From Eledone cirrhosa (Eukaryota): a stretch of 64,000 nt of DNA. The stretch spans positions 10,664,001-10,728,000 of the forward strand of contig OZ024753.1 in the NCBI GenBank assembly GCA_964016885.1, given 5' to 3'. Below are positions 16,986 through 31,555 of this stretch, one piece after another; the first letter of the stretch is position 1, and each line of letters opens with the position of its first letter. Under the pieces are notes generated by a model. It saw nothing but the letters and a program-made list of their open reading frames with translations. It did not search any database and had not been told where the DNA came from. The translations under genes were made by a program, and so were the position numbers.

Positions 16986-17154
16986 ACAAACTCTAAATGA
17001 TGCAGTGTATGCTACAGACAAATATTTCTGCAGGTCTAACCACGTGATATTGACTATAGATTTATCAACTGATTATATAACTTAAATTTACCTAACTGAT
17101 AGATCGACCTAACCGATCGATATATCTGATGTCATACCTTAAATATATGTAACT

Positions 17155-19170
17155 CAGATCGACCTAACTGATGTTACACCTTAAATATATCTAACTGATA
17201 AATATTACACCATAAATATAACTAACTTAGATCGATCTAACTGATGTTACACCTTAAATATATGTAACTGATAAATATTACACCATAAATATAACTAACT
17301 TAGATCGATATAACTGATGTTACACCTTAATATATCTAACTGATAAATATAACTAACTTAGATCGATATAACTGATGTTACACCTTAATATATGTAACTG
17401 ATAAATATAACTGACTTAGATCGATCTAACTGATGTTACACCTTAATATATGTAACTGATAAATATTACACCATAAATATAACTAACTTAGATCGATCTA
17501 ACTGATGTTACACCTTAATATATGTAACTGATAAATATTACACCATAAATATAACTAACTTAGATCGATCTAACTGATGTTACACCTTAAATATATCTAA
17601 CTGATAAATATTACACCATAAATATAACTAACTTAGATCGATCTGACTGATGTTACCCCTTAATATATGTAACTGATAAATATAACTGACTTAGATCGAT
17701 CTAACTGATGTTACACCTTAATATATGTAACTGATAAATATTACACCATAAATATAACTAACTTAGATCGATCTAACTGATGTTACACCTTAAATATATC
17801 TAAGTGATAAATATTACACCATAAATATAACTAACTTAGATCGATCTAACTGATGTTACCCCTTAATATATGTAACTGATAAATATAACTGACTTAGATC
17901 GATCTAACTGATGTTACACCTTAATATATGTAACTGATAAATATTACACCATAAATATAACTAACTTAGATCGATCTAACTGATGTTACACCTTAAATAT
18001 ATCTAACTGATAAATATTACACCATAAATATAACTAACTTAGATCGATCTAACTGATGTTACCCCTTAATATATGTAACTGATAAATATAACTGACTTAG
18101 ATCGATCTAACTGATGTTACACCTTAATATATGTAACTGATAAATATTACACCATAAATATAACTAACTTAGATCGATCTAACTGATGTTACACCTTAAA
18201 TATATCTAACTGATAAATATTACACCATAAATATAACTAACTTAGATCGATCTAACTGATGTTACCCCTTAATATATGTAACTGATAAATATAACTGACT
18301 TAGATCGATCTAACTGATGTTACACCTTAATATATGTAACTGATAAATATTACACCATAAATATAACTAACTTAGATCGATCTAACTGATGTTACACCTT
18401 AAATATATCTAACTGATAAATATTACACCATAAATATAACTAACTTAGATCGATCTAACTGATGTTACACCTTAAATATATCTAACTGATAAATATTACA
18501 CCATAAATATAACTAACTTAGATCGATCTAACTGATGTTACCCCTTAATATATGTAACTGATAAATATAACTGACTTAGATCGATCTAACTGATGTTACA
18601 CCTTAATATATGTAACTAATAAATATTACACCATAAATATAACTAACTTAGATCGATCTAACTGATGTTACACCTTAAATATATCTAACTGATAAATATT
18701 ACACCATAAATATAACTAACTTAGATCGATCTAACTGATGTTACCCCTTAATATATGTAACTGATAAATATAACTGACTTAGATCGATCTAACTGATGTT
18801 ACACCTTAATATATGTAACTAATAAATATTACACCATAAATATAACTAACTTAGATCGATCTAACTGATGTTACACCTTAAATATATCTAACTGATAAAT
18901 ATTACACCATAAATATAACTAACTTAGATCGATCTAACTGATGTTACCCCTTAATATATGTAACTGATAAATATAACTGACTTAGATCGATCTAACTGAT
19001 GTTACACCTTAATATATGTAACTGATAAATATTACACCATAAATATAACTAACTTAGATCGATCTAACTGATGTTACACCTTAAATATATCTAACTGATA
19101 AATATTACACCATAAATATAACTAACTTAGATCGATCTAACTGATGTTACCCCTTAATATATGTAACTGA
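17155..19170. repeat. Satellite with 58/72/73-bp monomers forming a 203-bp higher-order repeat
   Basis: accccttaat recurs at 17858 and 18061 (203 bp apart); all monomers share agatcgatctaactgatgttac. Confidence 0.92.
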
Positions 19171-20222
19171 AACAGCAATCAACTTCTATAAGACATATAG
19201 TTGGTGGTGAGAAAGTTTAAGTAAAATAAAGCTAAGTACGATTTAATGTAATTTTAAAAACTAAAGAAATAGGAAAAGAACTAATTATTTACCGCCAATG
19301 TATGATGTAAGGGAAATAATACAATGTTGCAACTGCTTTATCATTTGTACATAGTTATGTTGTGTTGATTTACCTCCCTTAGGAGTTATCCAAGGGAAAT
19401 AACACAAAGTTTCAATTCTGTTGATTTAGCGATACAACAGAGATGTAACCAGTCTGGTGTGGTGTGACAAAAATAATATATACCTATACAAACTGAAAGG
19501 CATGATATAATAATGGGAGAGCTCAAATGACATGCAAGGAAAAAGGAAATTTGATATTCTAATTGTATTGGTTGGTTGGTATTGATACATGCAAGCATAT
19601 AAACATATATACATACATAAATACACACATGCATATATATATATATATATAATAGTAATAAACGAAAGATATAACACTATGGCATCCCTATTTATTTCAT
19701 AATATATATTTCTGGGATATATTATGAGATGTATAAAATGTTATATGACATACTCACAAGAGTGACCTTATCAGATCAATTCCAAATGGGTATGTCATAT
19801 GCTTCTTTCCAGAGTTTATATTAAAACATCATTTGGTCGTTCCATGAGAGCATCTTATATATATATATAAGGGGCAGCTGAAAAGTTTATAAGATGCTCT
19901 CATGGTATGACCAAATGATGTTTATTTGTTAATATAGTCCCTGGAAAGAAACATGGCAATTATTAATAAGAACTGAAATTAATGCACAAGTATATATCAT
20001 CATCATCACCATCATCATCTTTAACGTCCATCTTCCACGCTAGCATGGGTTGGATGGTTATGTTCCACTTGAAGCGGGATTGGTCGAGAGACCGTGTCTC
20101 ACTTGTACAGAACTGTCCCTTGCAGGTTTTCTACGACTGGATACTCTTCTCAACACCAACCACATTTACATTAATAAATGATTGGAGGCCATATTCAGTT
20201 GATTCAGGTTTATTTAAACCTC

Positions 20223-20278
20223 TGTTATATATATTTCACTGAGGACTATCAATTATGATAGCCTGAGTTCTTCAGACA
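20223..20278 (-). ncRNA. Minimal type-I hammerhead ribozyme motif (HH2)
   Basis: Minus strand: TGT-CTGAAGA-ACTCAGGCTATCA taat TGATAGTCCTCAGT-GAAA-TATATA-TA-ACA. Confidence 0.75.
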
Positions 20279-20279
20279 T

Positions 20280-21960
20280 CAAAACCTAAAATAAACATTG
20301 GAAGTTCCTAAGAAACCTTTGAAATTTGGAAAAATCTAATAATTTCCCCGAAAAAAGATTTTATTTTCATGATACAGGGGGCCGGCTGAATTTGTGGTGT
20401 TGTTTCTTTGACTGCCGGCCCCTGTATATGTAGGTATGTATATATATATATCATCATCATTGTCATTTCCTTTCTGAGCTTTGGCAATTTGAGATCAGCT
20501 TTCACCACTTCCATCCAGGTCATATATATATATATATGTGTGTGTGTGTGAAATAATTACTACTACTACTACTACCACTACCACTACTTCTACTACTACA
20601 ACAACAGCAACATCATCATCATCATCACCACCATCATCATCATCGTCGAGCATGGCTTAGATGGTTATGTTCTATTTGATGCAGGAATGGTCGGGAGAGC
20701 ATGTCTCGTTTGTACGGAAGTGTCTCTGGCAGGATGCCCTTCCTAACACCAACCACAGTTACTCTGTGGACTGTTGTGTCATTGACACAGTGGACGGAAC
20801 GGCAAAGGGAAGATGTGGTAGGGTGGGGTTTACATTGGGTTAAGAGGTGCCTACTGACTGTAGGTTTGTATACAATGGCAGTCAGGTCTTCAGTACAACT
20901 GCATGGCACCAATCATATTTATTAATTATGCGTATATCTGTGACACCAGTGTGGAAGCTGTTGTGCAGTTGTTACAACAGTAACCTGCCCCTTCATTTGG
21001 CTCAAGAAAAAAAAAGAAAATACGAGTGATGTTAATGATATCCCTACATCATGTCTGTCAGTTTTGTGGATTTATACTAAGAATGGGCAGGTAGACTCTA
21101 TATGCACTTTCTCTCCATGTGATAAACTTAAACTGCATACACCATGAAAATGTTCTGCATTTGATAAAACTAGTATTAAATTTGAAGAAAAGATTTACTT
21201 TTAGAAAAAGACAGAAAATTGAAGCAGTTGATGAAATTCGCATACAAAATAGTGCAATGATTAATGTAAAATTCAATAAAGTAATCATTAAGATGCAAGT
21301 TGAGACTGGCAGACAGGTAACTGTAATACTTCGGAATTTCTCGATGGATTTGAATAAATCACAGTGAAAAAAACTTGCAATTGCAAACTAAAGCAATTTG
21401 ATGGATTACTCATTGAAATTTTGGGAACATTTGATGCATTAATGGAAACTGATAAGAGAGCATAGATATTATTGAAATTACTGTTGCAGAATAAAAAAAA
21501 ATAGTAATAATAATTGTTTCTACTTTAGGCACAAGGCCAGCAATTACCCAGTGCATTACTGGTACTTTATTTTATCGACCCCGTAAAGTTGAAAGGCAAA
21601 GTCAACCTCGGCGGGATTTGAACTCAGATCGCAAAGGGACGTAACTATGCTGGAAAGCATGGCGTCCGACCCTCTACCGATACTGCCAATCCACCGCCCT
21701 ATAAATAGTAATAATAATAATGGCTTGTTTGTATGGATTTGATGAATATTGGTAGTACATCATTAATTCATGAGATTGAAGTTCCAGGATAGTTTGTAGA
21801 AGATTAAAAGCTTTTAAAGCTAATATTCTTCTCAAGACATTTTGAGACAAAACCATTATCAATACACTTGAAATCATTAGTCATAAGGAAGCTAGAAAAT
21901 GTTTCTCTTGGATGACATCAGTGAGCTCTTCTAGTAGTTGTGTGAAGAACAGATAGAGAT
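20280..21960 (-). pseudogene. Highly decayed PLE coding remnant upstream of HH2, interrupted by a SINE and microsatellites
   Basis: Weak motifs DFKCIDNGFV (~Y.RYVDD.F), INDVLPI (~N..LPFLD) and CNCKFFHCDL; position 5' of a hammerhead fits PLE layout. Confidence 0.35.
21509..21700 (-). mobile_element. SINE S1 full copy
   Basis: A/B boxes and conserved tail. Confidence 0.85.
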
Positions 21961-22020
21961 CTCAGGAATATTTGAAGTTCAATAAATTCTTTCAATTATA
22001 CCCACTATAAAGTAGGTATA

Positions 22021-22200
22021 ACTCTTTAGTGTTCAAACCGGCCAGAATTCTCTACCCTTTTCTGCTGAAACTGGCTGTAACTGGTCACTCAAACTGATGT
22101 TAAGGTATTGTTCTCAAAATAAATACTTTCAAAATCTCATAGATTCAAAATTATCTGAGATAAAGCATTTACCATGAAAATATAATGCTAAAGGGTTAAA
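22021..22200. mobile_element. piggyBac-like MITE, related to 23577-23766
   Basis: Ends ...tgctaaagggttaa; inverted homolog of the 23.6 kb copy. Confidence 0.55.
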
Positions 22201-22201
22201 T

Positions 22202-22506
22202 CAGAAGTTCTGAAACTTTTCAGCCACCCCCCACGGCCATGTAATACCCTAATCGCCCACAACCCTATTTCCAGAAAGATTTGCCAACACTCAAATTGTA
22301 AATAATATATAATAAATAAAATTGGGAATTTATATATAATAAATATATAATTTTATTTTACTATATCTATATATAATATTTATTGTACTATTATATCATC
22401 TCTACCATCCCCAGCCCCCACACTGCCCCTTAGGCTCCAGCGCCCCCTGAAACTTCTCAATGTCCCCCTCCCTGGGGTGGGGTAGCGCCTACTTTGAGAA
22501 ATTCTG
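22202..22506 (-). mobile_element. hAT-like MITE M1
   Basis: TIR cagaagttctgaaa/tttgagaaattctg; imperfect 8-bp TSD ggttaaat/gtataaat. Confidence 0.7.
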
Positions 22507-23039
22507 GTATAAATGATGGAACTTGTTCAGATTCTTAACCAACACCAAATACTGAATCCACATTCCATTCTCTTTCTAGAATGACTAATTTTGCTAAATT
22601 GGATTTAAAAGCATGTGTGTGTATGGGTGGTGGTCATATTATCAGATAGTAATGTCTGAAGCAAGAGAAGTTATAATAATTAATATTCCAATGGGTTTTA
22701 TTAAACCAAGCTATGTTTCAAGATGTTGGAAATAGCATTGTTAATGTTATTATTGTCAAGATGATTCATGTATTGGTGCTAAACTGTTGAAAGTTCGTCA
22801 TATCAAGGGAGATTAGAGAATAGAAGTGTTGGAATTTATCAGGCAAGGTTTATCAATAGAGGTTAGTCCGTGTTAAAGACTGATCGTCTTTTGGTAGGAA
22901 GATATATGACTAAATCATAGATTAGCAAGGATAATTATGTATGTAAATGCACAAAATGATAAGGAGCCAATCAAAATCTGTTCTTGAATATGTCAGTTAT
23001 ATTGATCAATACACATGGTGCCTCATTTTTATAGGGAGT

Positions 23040-23400
23040 CAATCAACAAAAAATACAACAACCTATTGAAAGAAACTTACACCAACTCAACAGCATATAT
23101 CAAAACAGATTTGGGAACTACATGGTGTATAGACATCTTGAAGGGAGTTAAGCAGGGGAATGTACTATCAGCACTTCTTTTCTGTATAGTTATAGCTGCA
23201 CTTATCTACCAAACTGAAGAAGAATGCTCCTCTGGCTATCTAATAGGAGGTAAAATTCTATCAAATCTTAGTTATGCAGACGATCTGGCCATCATGAGTT
23301 ACTCTAGAACTGATCTGCAAGACTTTCTGAATATACTGGCCAAACGCTGGGGGCTGGCTTACATATCAACATCTCCAAGACAAAGTGTAAGACAACTGAT
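23040..23400 (+). pseudogene. Non-LTR (RTE-like) reverse-transcriptase fragment
   Basis: KGVKQGNVLSALLF...LSNLSYADDLAIM motifs. Confidence 0.85.
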
Positions 23401-23576
23401 AAAAACAATGTCAATGACCAACAAGTATATATTGTTAGTGGCCAGAAGTAATAGGAATTACAAATAAAGAGATGGTTAGGAAGGTATTAAGAACTGTGTT
23501 TTTGGGGGAAATATTGTTCCAGAAACATTAAAGTCTGGCAATACCTGTGAATGTCAGGATAATAACCAGTGGAGTA

Positions 23577-23766
23577 TTAACCCTTTAGCATTTACATTAT
23601 CTATATTTACTATTGTATTTTCATGGTAAACACTTTATCTCGAATCTACAAGATTTTGAGAACAATACCTTAATATCAATATGAGTTGCTGGTTATGGCT
23701 GGTTTAAACGGAAAGAGGTGATAGAATTCTGGCCAGATATGGCTGGTTTAAATGCCAAAGGGTTAA
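23577..23766. mobile_element. piggyBac-like MITE
   Basis: TTAA|CCCTTTAGCATTT ... AAATGCCAAAGGG|TTAA. Confidence 0.75.
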
Positions 23767-25409
23767 GTGTGCATGAAAGGGCTCTAAATTAATATGTTTG
23801 CTATCATAAATAATACACAAGGTTCCCAATAGAATGTTCAACCAGAGACCCAATGTAAGTTCAATCCACTCCTGAAAGGGATTTATGTACATGAATAATG
23901 AATCAAATGCAATCCAGGGTCTTCTCTCTCCTGTTAAAGGGCCCTCCCCCTTGGTTGACCTCCATTGCTTTCTGTCTGGTTTTGGCCATGTTTTCAGGGG
24001 TGTAGCCGTACTCACCACGTTTGGCCAATTGTGGGTTGGTTAGGCAATATAACCTATCATTGGGCTAGATGGTCATGTCAGGGGTGTAGCTGTACTCACC
24101 CCATTTAGCCAATTGTGGGTTGGTGAGGCTATTTAACCCATTGCTGGGGTGGATGGCTGTTGATTCTGAAGAGTTCATCTGCCCTATTTTACAGTTCTTG
24201 TATTTTGTGCTGCTGTAAATATATGAAAATACTTCCATATCATCCAGAAGCAACTAAATTTGCTGAAAGAATAGTCTTAAATGTTAAGATGAGTTTAAAA
24301 GCAGATTGTATTGACGTATATTTGAATCACATGCTTTTGACTTGTTGAATAATCTCTCCCTCAGGAAGACTTCTTAGTTCATCTACTTTGATCTTATAAA
24401 ATCACAGCTTCAAGTCAGTAAAACTATGATCAAAGTAATTCTTGCAATAGCATCCCATCTTATATTCAGACATACTATATCTAGAATTACAATATTTCTT
24501 TTCATTTTTATAATTGTAGTGGGTGTTTTGAGAGAGGAAGATTTGGCTGCTATTTATTGATGAATCGGCAAACACACATTCATATCCAATTGATTTAAAG
24601 GTAGTTTTGAGGTCGATTAAAAAAGTACCATTCTAGTAATGGGGTTGATTCTTCCTCTATATCTTTTTCTCACTTTCTGTCCTTATATGGAAGAAATCTG
24701 CTGTGCTCAGGCCTGGGATTATCCAATGTTCACTGTTACATTCTATCTATCTAATGTTCCCCTTTACATTCTATCTATCTAAAATAAGCAATCATTATAT
24801 ATAAGAATATTTATGTTTAATCAACAGCTACGAAATTTAGTAGATAAATTATGTAATATTCATTCATTATTTATTCAAGTAATCCAACTTATTTTACTAA
24901 CGGGATAAAACAATATATTCAGGACACAGTCCCGCACTCCTCCTTTTATTATTTTTATCTTTTATATGTAAATTTATATGTAAACAAAGGTGCACATGCA
25001 CTAACATCCATTCGATTCTTCAGCAATGTTAAGCATTTTCTGAAACTGCAGCAAATTAATTTTGTATTCTGGAGCAGATTCTACGGGGGTCTCCTATGAG
25101 GTTTTCTCTGGTGTTTTAGCGATAGGCTCCACAGCCCAATTACCCGATACCCACCCACATATTCCTGAGAGGGTCGTAAAAGCAGATTCCTCAACAACTT
25201 CCCCCATACTCAGCTGTAGCTGGGTGGTTAACTCTGCGATGGACTGGCGCCCTGTCCAGGAGGTACCGTATTTCTAACGGAATACACTGCCCATATTGGA
25301 AAATAATGAAAATTTTGAAGGAATTTAATAATGATTTCTAGTATAGGCACAAGGCCAACAATTTGGGGTGTGGGGGAAGTCTTTAGCAAATCTTTCGGTG
25401 GATTTAAAT

Positions 25410-25590
25410 GTTTCTTTCAAGATTGCAGCTGGCCAGCTGACATCTGCGCATATGGTGGTAGCCCTAGAGCCAACGACACCAGAATTCTCCACTGCTAAGG
25501 GCATGACCGCAAACCCGTGGGAGAGCGACCGATACTAGGAAAGTTTGCCCTCATCAGCCCGAAGTATAGCAGAACCTGGGTTAGTCACGC
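25410..25590 (-). pseudogene. CRE-like RLE fragment
   Basis: Reverse-complement homolog of 42600-42760 (NPGSAILRADEGKLS...AVENSGVVG). Confidence 0.7.
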
Positions 25591-26067
25591 AAATTTATAT
25601 ATATAACTTTGATAGGTTTCGGCCTGTATTGGTCCAGGCCATGTCTAACGTAATAACACCATTTGTATATATATACACATATATAGAATTAGAATTGAGC
25701 TTCAGGCATAGTTGTATACAGATATGTATTGGAATTTCGTATTTCTAAAGAACATTTAGAGAACGTAGCTATGCCAAAACATCAGCGGCTAACGCCGTCT
25801 GGCGGTGACCAACAAAAGCAAGGGGAAACAATCGTCGTCGATGCGCATTTCGAACTTAACTGGTCCTTATCAGGACAATCCCTCCCATTGAAAACAGTCG
25901 AGAATATATGGTTTTCTCGTCTGTGTAAACGAGGTGATTAATCTCATTTGCATAAGCTGGCTCAACTATAGACTTAGGATTTAGCTTCAGGCATAGCTGT
26001 ATATAGATATGTATTATTGTAAACCTATCTAATTTATAAATATATATGTACCTACACAGAACTAGAT

Positions 26068-26172
26068 GTCGAAACGGTCGGCGCTCAGCCGTCGGGATCC
26101 TGATTCTTTTCCTATTACCTACCGTATAGAGTACTCTGGTGCTTTATGATCCACCTGGATCCTTACTACACA
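26068..26172 (+). mobile_element. Diverged non-palindromic P1 fragment
   Basis: gtcgaaacggtcggcgctcagccgtcggga...gagtactctggtgctttatg. Confidence 0.65.
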
Positions 26173-27976
26173 TATGTATTCACACAGCATCTGTGTATTA
26201 TTCTTCCAAGAAACCTCTATATACAGCTACATTTTTATTACCTTCTCTATTTCTTTCATTCCCAACGAAACTAAATAATTTCTAATGCTGCGTGATTTGG
26301 AGCAAAGTGTCTTGCTCAAGACCGGTCTGAGAATCGATCTCACGATTCTAACGTCGAAGACTTCACATAAACACTTTGCGCGTGCGCATTGCTGTCTACC
26401 TTTTCAGCACATGCGTACTTAAGAAACTCTTAGAAAAAATAAGATGGCTGCTTGAATAACTTCATGTTTTCCAACGTGGATAACAAAAATTGGATTTTTA
26501 CCATTTTTACGGAGGTAAAGTAAAGTTTTATTGAAATATTTTACGTTTATTTCCTTCCATAATGCAATAATTATTTAAATGTTAGTTTCTGCCACACATT
26601 ACATTCTAATGTAGTACACCACATATTTCTCGGCCATACCAAATAGCGTATTCTTTTTATTATTATTATCTAAGTTAGTGAATAATATATTTCTAGTTCC
26701 CTTCATGATATCCTCGTGTTTTGTTGTGAATTCGTTTTGGAGGACTTGCTGATTGCTATATTCTGGTTATTTTTTTAGATATCATCATCGCTATTAACTG
26801 TTGATCAGTTTTAATTGGATCGTATTCGCTTTAACTTTTAACCTACGTAACATAGAACCATTTTCATATTTAGTTTCTTCTTGCGAAACTTCGTTTACTT
26901 TCTTTGTTCCTTTTCATCTACATTCTAAGTTGTCAACTGTGCGTGTAGCTCCACGCCACTAATGTTGTCCAACTAATTTCTACTCAGTGATTTGGAGCAA
27001 CGTGAAATAAAGTGTCTTGCTCAAGACAACACAAACCCGGTCTGAGGTTCGAACTCACGATTGTAAAGCCCGATGACTTCACAAAAATACTTTGCGCATT
27101 GATGTCTTCTTTTTTTGTATATGCATACTTCGGGTAACTCTGTTTAAATAATTATTTAAACGTTTCTGAAGAGAGAAACTAAAAATATATATCAAGTCTC
27201 TATGAAGTGTCTTAAGACGACGCTGTCAAGTGCATTTCTAAACTTTGCAGTTTTGACACATCTATACGTGTTGGCACTTGTATCCCTGCTGCACTCAATA
27301 TATACGTGCATAAGTATATATACATACAGCATGTGTACGCTGGGAGATTCAGCATATACACACATTCGTAATAAAATACTAATTACCAAAATAGGTACAT
27401 GAAATTCTAATTACTAAAATCTAAGGTTTGCATCTTATTTACAGAAACAGCTCTACCTGTAATATATATGTTACCAGCTTGACATAAATATATTTATTTC
27501 CATAAAAATTGTTCCGTATATACGTTCAAAATTACTTTAAATATATAGAAACGGAATGAGAGATAACACACGAAATATATCTTGCGACGTGTTATCTCCC
27601 TTTCCGTTTCTATATTTTTTTTTAAAAAGATAAATAAAATTTTACCTATAAGTATGACTATTTGACTTAGTAGAATTGCGGCTTGTGCGTGGCGATGCGC
27701 GCAACGGCTCGGGCTTCGTCGGCTACGTATGTATGTGTCGTTTCCATACTATGTATCGCAAGTTCGAATCGTTGTGGTGTGCACGTGGCTACGGCGGCTG
27801 GGATGTTTGCAGGCTGGCTATATGCTGGCCTGCGTCCTAGACCACGATGAGAATCCGCTTTACCCCCTTTTGCTCAAAATTGTTAGAATTATCTCCCTTT
27901 ATTTAACTCTTCTCTTTTTTTCAATTGACTTCCGGTTGTTTGAAAGATAATTAACTTAAGAGACTAAACTCTGAAG

Positions 27977-29800
27977 AACACTCATTTCATATAGAAATTT
28001 TTTTCGACTTTTCAGAAACACTTATTTCATATAGATTTATTTTTTCGACTTTTCAGAAACACTTATTTCATATAGATTTATTTTTTCGACTTTTCAGAAA
28101 CACACATTTCATATAGATTTTTTTTTTCGACTTTTCAAAAACACACATTTCATACAGAAATTTTTTTCGACTTTTCAAAAACACACATTTCATATAGATT
28201 TTTTTTTCGACTTTTCAAAAACACACATTTCATATATAATTTTTTTCGACTTTTCAAAAACACACATTTCATATAGATTTTTTTTTCGACTTTTCAAAAA
28301 CACACATTTCATACAGAAATTTTTTTCGACTTTTCAAAAACACACATTTCATATAGATTTTTTTTTTTCGACTTTTCAAAAACACACATTTCATATAGAA
28401 ATTTTTTTAGACTTTTCAAAAACACACATTTCATATAGATTTTTTTTTCGACTTTTCAAAAACACACATTTCATATATAATTTTTTTCGACTTTTCAAAA
28501 ACACACATTTCATATAGATTTTTTTTTCGACTTTTCAAAAACACACATTTCATACAGAAATTTTTTTCGACTTTTCAAAAACACACATTTCATATAGATT
28601 TTTTTTTTCGACTTTTCAAAAACACACATTTCATATAGAAATTTTTTTAGACTTTTCAAAAACACCCATTTCATATAGAAATTTTTTTCGACTTTTCAAA
28701 AACACACATTTCATATAGATTTTTTTTTCGACTTTTCAAAAACACTCATTTCATAGAGATTTTTTTTTCGACTTTTCAAAAACACACATTTCATATAGAA
28801 ATTTTTTTCGACTTTTCAAAAACACACATTTCATATAGATTTTTTTTTCGACTTTTCAAAAACACACATTTCATATAGAAATTTTTTTCGACTTTTCAAA
28901 AACACACATTTCATATAGAAATTTTTTTCGACTTTTCAAAAACACACATTTCATATAGATTTTTTTTTCGACTTTTCAAAAACACACATTTCATATAGAT
29001 TTTTTTTTCGACTTTTCAAAAACACACATTTCATATAGAAATTTTTTTCGACTTTTCAAAAACACACATTTCATATAGATTTTTTTTTCGACTTTTCAAA
29101 AACACACATTTCATATAGAAATTTTTTTCGACTTTTCAAAAACACATATTTCATATAGATTTTTTTTTCGACTTTTCAAAAACACACATTTCATATAGAT
29201 TTTTTTTTCGACTTTTCAAAAACACATATTTCATATAGAAATTTTTTTCGACTTTTCAAAAACACTCATTTCATATAGATTTTTTTTCGACTTTTCAAAA
29301 ACACTCATTTCATATAGATTTTTTTTTCGACTTTTCAAAAACACACATTTCATATAGAAATTTTTTCGACTTTTAAAAAACACACATTTCATATAGAAAT
29401 TTTTTTCGAGTTTTCAAAAACACACATTTCATATAGAAATTTTTTTCGACTTTTCAAAAACACTCATTTCATATAGATTTTTTTTTCGACTTTTCAAAAA
29501 CACATATTTCATATAGAAATTTTTTTCGACTTTTCAAAAACACACATTTCATATAGAAATTTTTTCGACTTTTCAAAAACACACATTTCATATAGAAATA
29601 TTTTTCGACTTTTCAAAAACACACATTTCATATAGATTTTTTTTTCGACTTTTCAAAAACACATATTTCATATAGAAATTGTTTTCGACTTCTCAAAAAC
29701 ACACATTTCATATAGATTTTTTTTTAAACTTTTCAAAAACACTCATTTCATATAGAAATGTATTTCGACTATTCAAAAACACACATTTCATATAGATTCT
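27977..29800. repeat. 40-bp satellite (tttcatatagaaatttttttcgacttttcaaaaacacaca), ~45 units
   Basis: Direct. Confidence 0.97.
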
Positions 29801-31555
29801 TAGTTTCTTTTTAGACAATTCATCTATAATCTTACTTAAAAAACTTCATTTAGACACTTCATCTACATTCTTTCTTAAGAAACTTTATTTACACTCTTAG
29901 TTTCTTTTTTTAAGACACTTCATTTAGATTCTTAATTCCTTTCTTAAGAAACTTAATTTAGATACTATTTAAGGGAGACAACTCTTACTTTGAAAGAGTT
30001 ACTTCCCTTGGCTCTACTTTGTAAGAGTTACCTCCCTTGTTTTTACTTTGTAAGAGTTACCTCCCTTGAAATTTTTAACTTCTCAATCTTAGCTTCTTTA
30101 TTTCAGAAACTTTATATACACTTACGTTCTTTATAGTACGTTTTACTCAGTTTCTTGTAGACTCTTGATTTCTTTATTCACAATAAACTGAACACAATTC
30201 GTATATACGATGTAAACTTTCTTTATTCATTTTTGTCAAAATAAACTGAACATAATTCGTATATAAAATGTAAACTTTCTTTATTCATTTTTGTCAAAAT
30301 AAACTGATTACAATTCGTAAACTTTATTAACAGAAACTTCGTCATTCCCACAAACAACACAGCAGAAGGCTGGACATCTGTAAACTTTCTTTATTAACAG
30401 AGACTGCGTCATTCCCACTTGTTACGCCAAACATGACCTAGGAGGCTGGACATCTGTAAAAAGAAATGAAATAAGAAAATCTATTGAAGCCATTTACGTA
30501 CGTTGTCAATAAAAAGAATGTTTACAAAATTCTTTCAACTTTGTTTTTTATTATATAGACATTGATGTGCCTGAAGAGAGAAAGTTTCTTAAGAAAGACG
30601 ACAGATCTCAAACGATTCTGGTTAATATTAGAATCTAGATATAAAGTGTCTAATGAAAGAAACTAAAATTATAAATGAAGTGTCTAAAACTAAGAATGTA
30701 AGCGAAAAAAGAAACTAACAATATAAATGAAGTGTCTAATGAAAGAAACTAGAAATATGTGTCATAAAAAATCTAGAAATATGTGTCATAAAAAATCTAG
30801 AAACTAAATAAAGTGTCTCAAAAAAGAAACTAGGAAGAATGTAAATAAAAAAGAAACTAAGAATCAAAATGAATTTTCGTAGGAATGTAGATGATGTGAA
30901 GAATATAGATGAAGTGTCTAAAGAAAGAAAAATCTAATGATGTTTCTTAAGAAAGAACTAGAAATATAAATGAAGTGTCTAAAACTAAGAATGTAAGCTA
31001 AAAGAGAAACTAAGAACGTAGAGGAAGTTTCTTAAGAAAGACGACAGATCTCAAACGATTCTGGTTAATATTAGAATCTAGATATAAAGTGTCTAATGAA
31101 AGAAACTAAAATTATAAATGAAGTGTCTAAAACTAAGGATGTAGGCGAATAAAGAAACTAACAATATAAATGAAGTGTCTAATGAAAGAAACTAAGAAGG
31201 TCAATAAAGTTTAAGAAAGAAACTAAATAAAGTGTCTCAAAAAAGAAACTAGGAAGTTTCTTTAGTAAGAATGTAAATGAAGTGTCTACATAAAAAGAAA
31301 CTAAGAATCAAAATGAAGTTTCGTAGGAATGTAGATGATGTGAAGAATATGGATGAAGTGTCTAAAGAAAGAAAAATCTAATGAGGTTTCTTAAGAAAGA
31401 ACTAGAAATATAAATGAAGTGTCTAAAACTAAGAATGTAGAGGAAGTTTATTAAGAAAGAAACTAACAATATAAATGAAGTGTCTAATGAAAGAAACTAA
31501 GAATGTAAATAAAGTTTCAGAAAGAAACTAAAAATGTGGATGAAGTTTCTAAAAT
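29800..31555. repeat. Degenerate AT-rich repeats (aagtgtct/aagaaactaag units) in both orientations
   Basis: ~440-bp duplication 30583-31020/31025-31460; inverted versions at 29800-30170. Confidence 0.7.

Noticed and set aside
25607-25650. Minus-strand GGCCTG/CAGGCC-GAAA-CCTA-TC half motif (similar CGAAACGTT half at ~49845)
   Set aside because: No CUGANGA core upstream, so not counted as ribozymes
27977-29800. CRISPR-like appearance of regular arrays (also 38960-39896 and 11855-15430)
   Set aside because: No unique spacers, no cas genes, eukaryotic context
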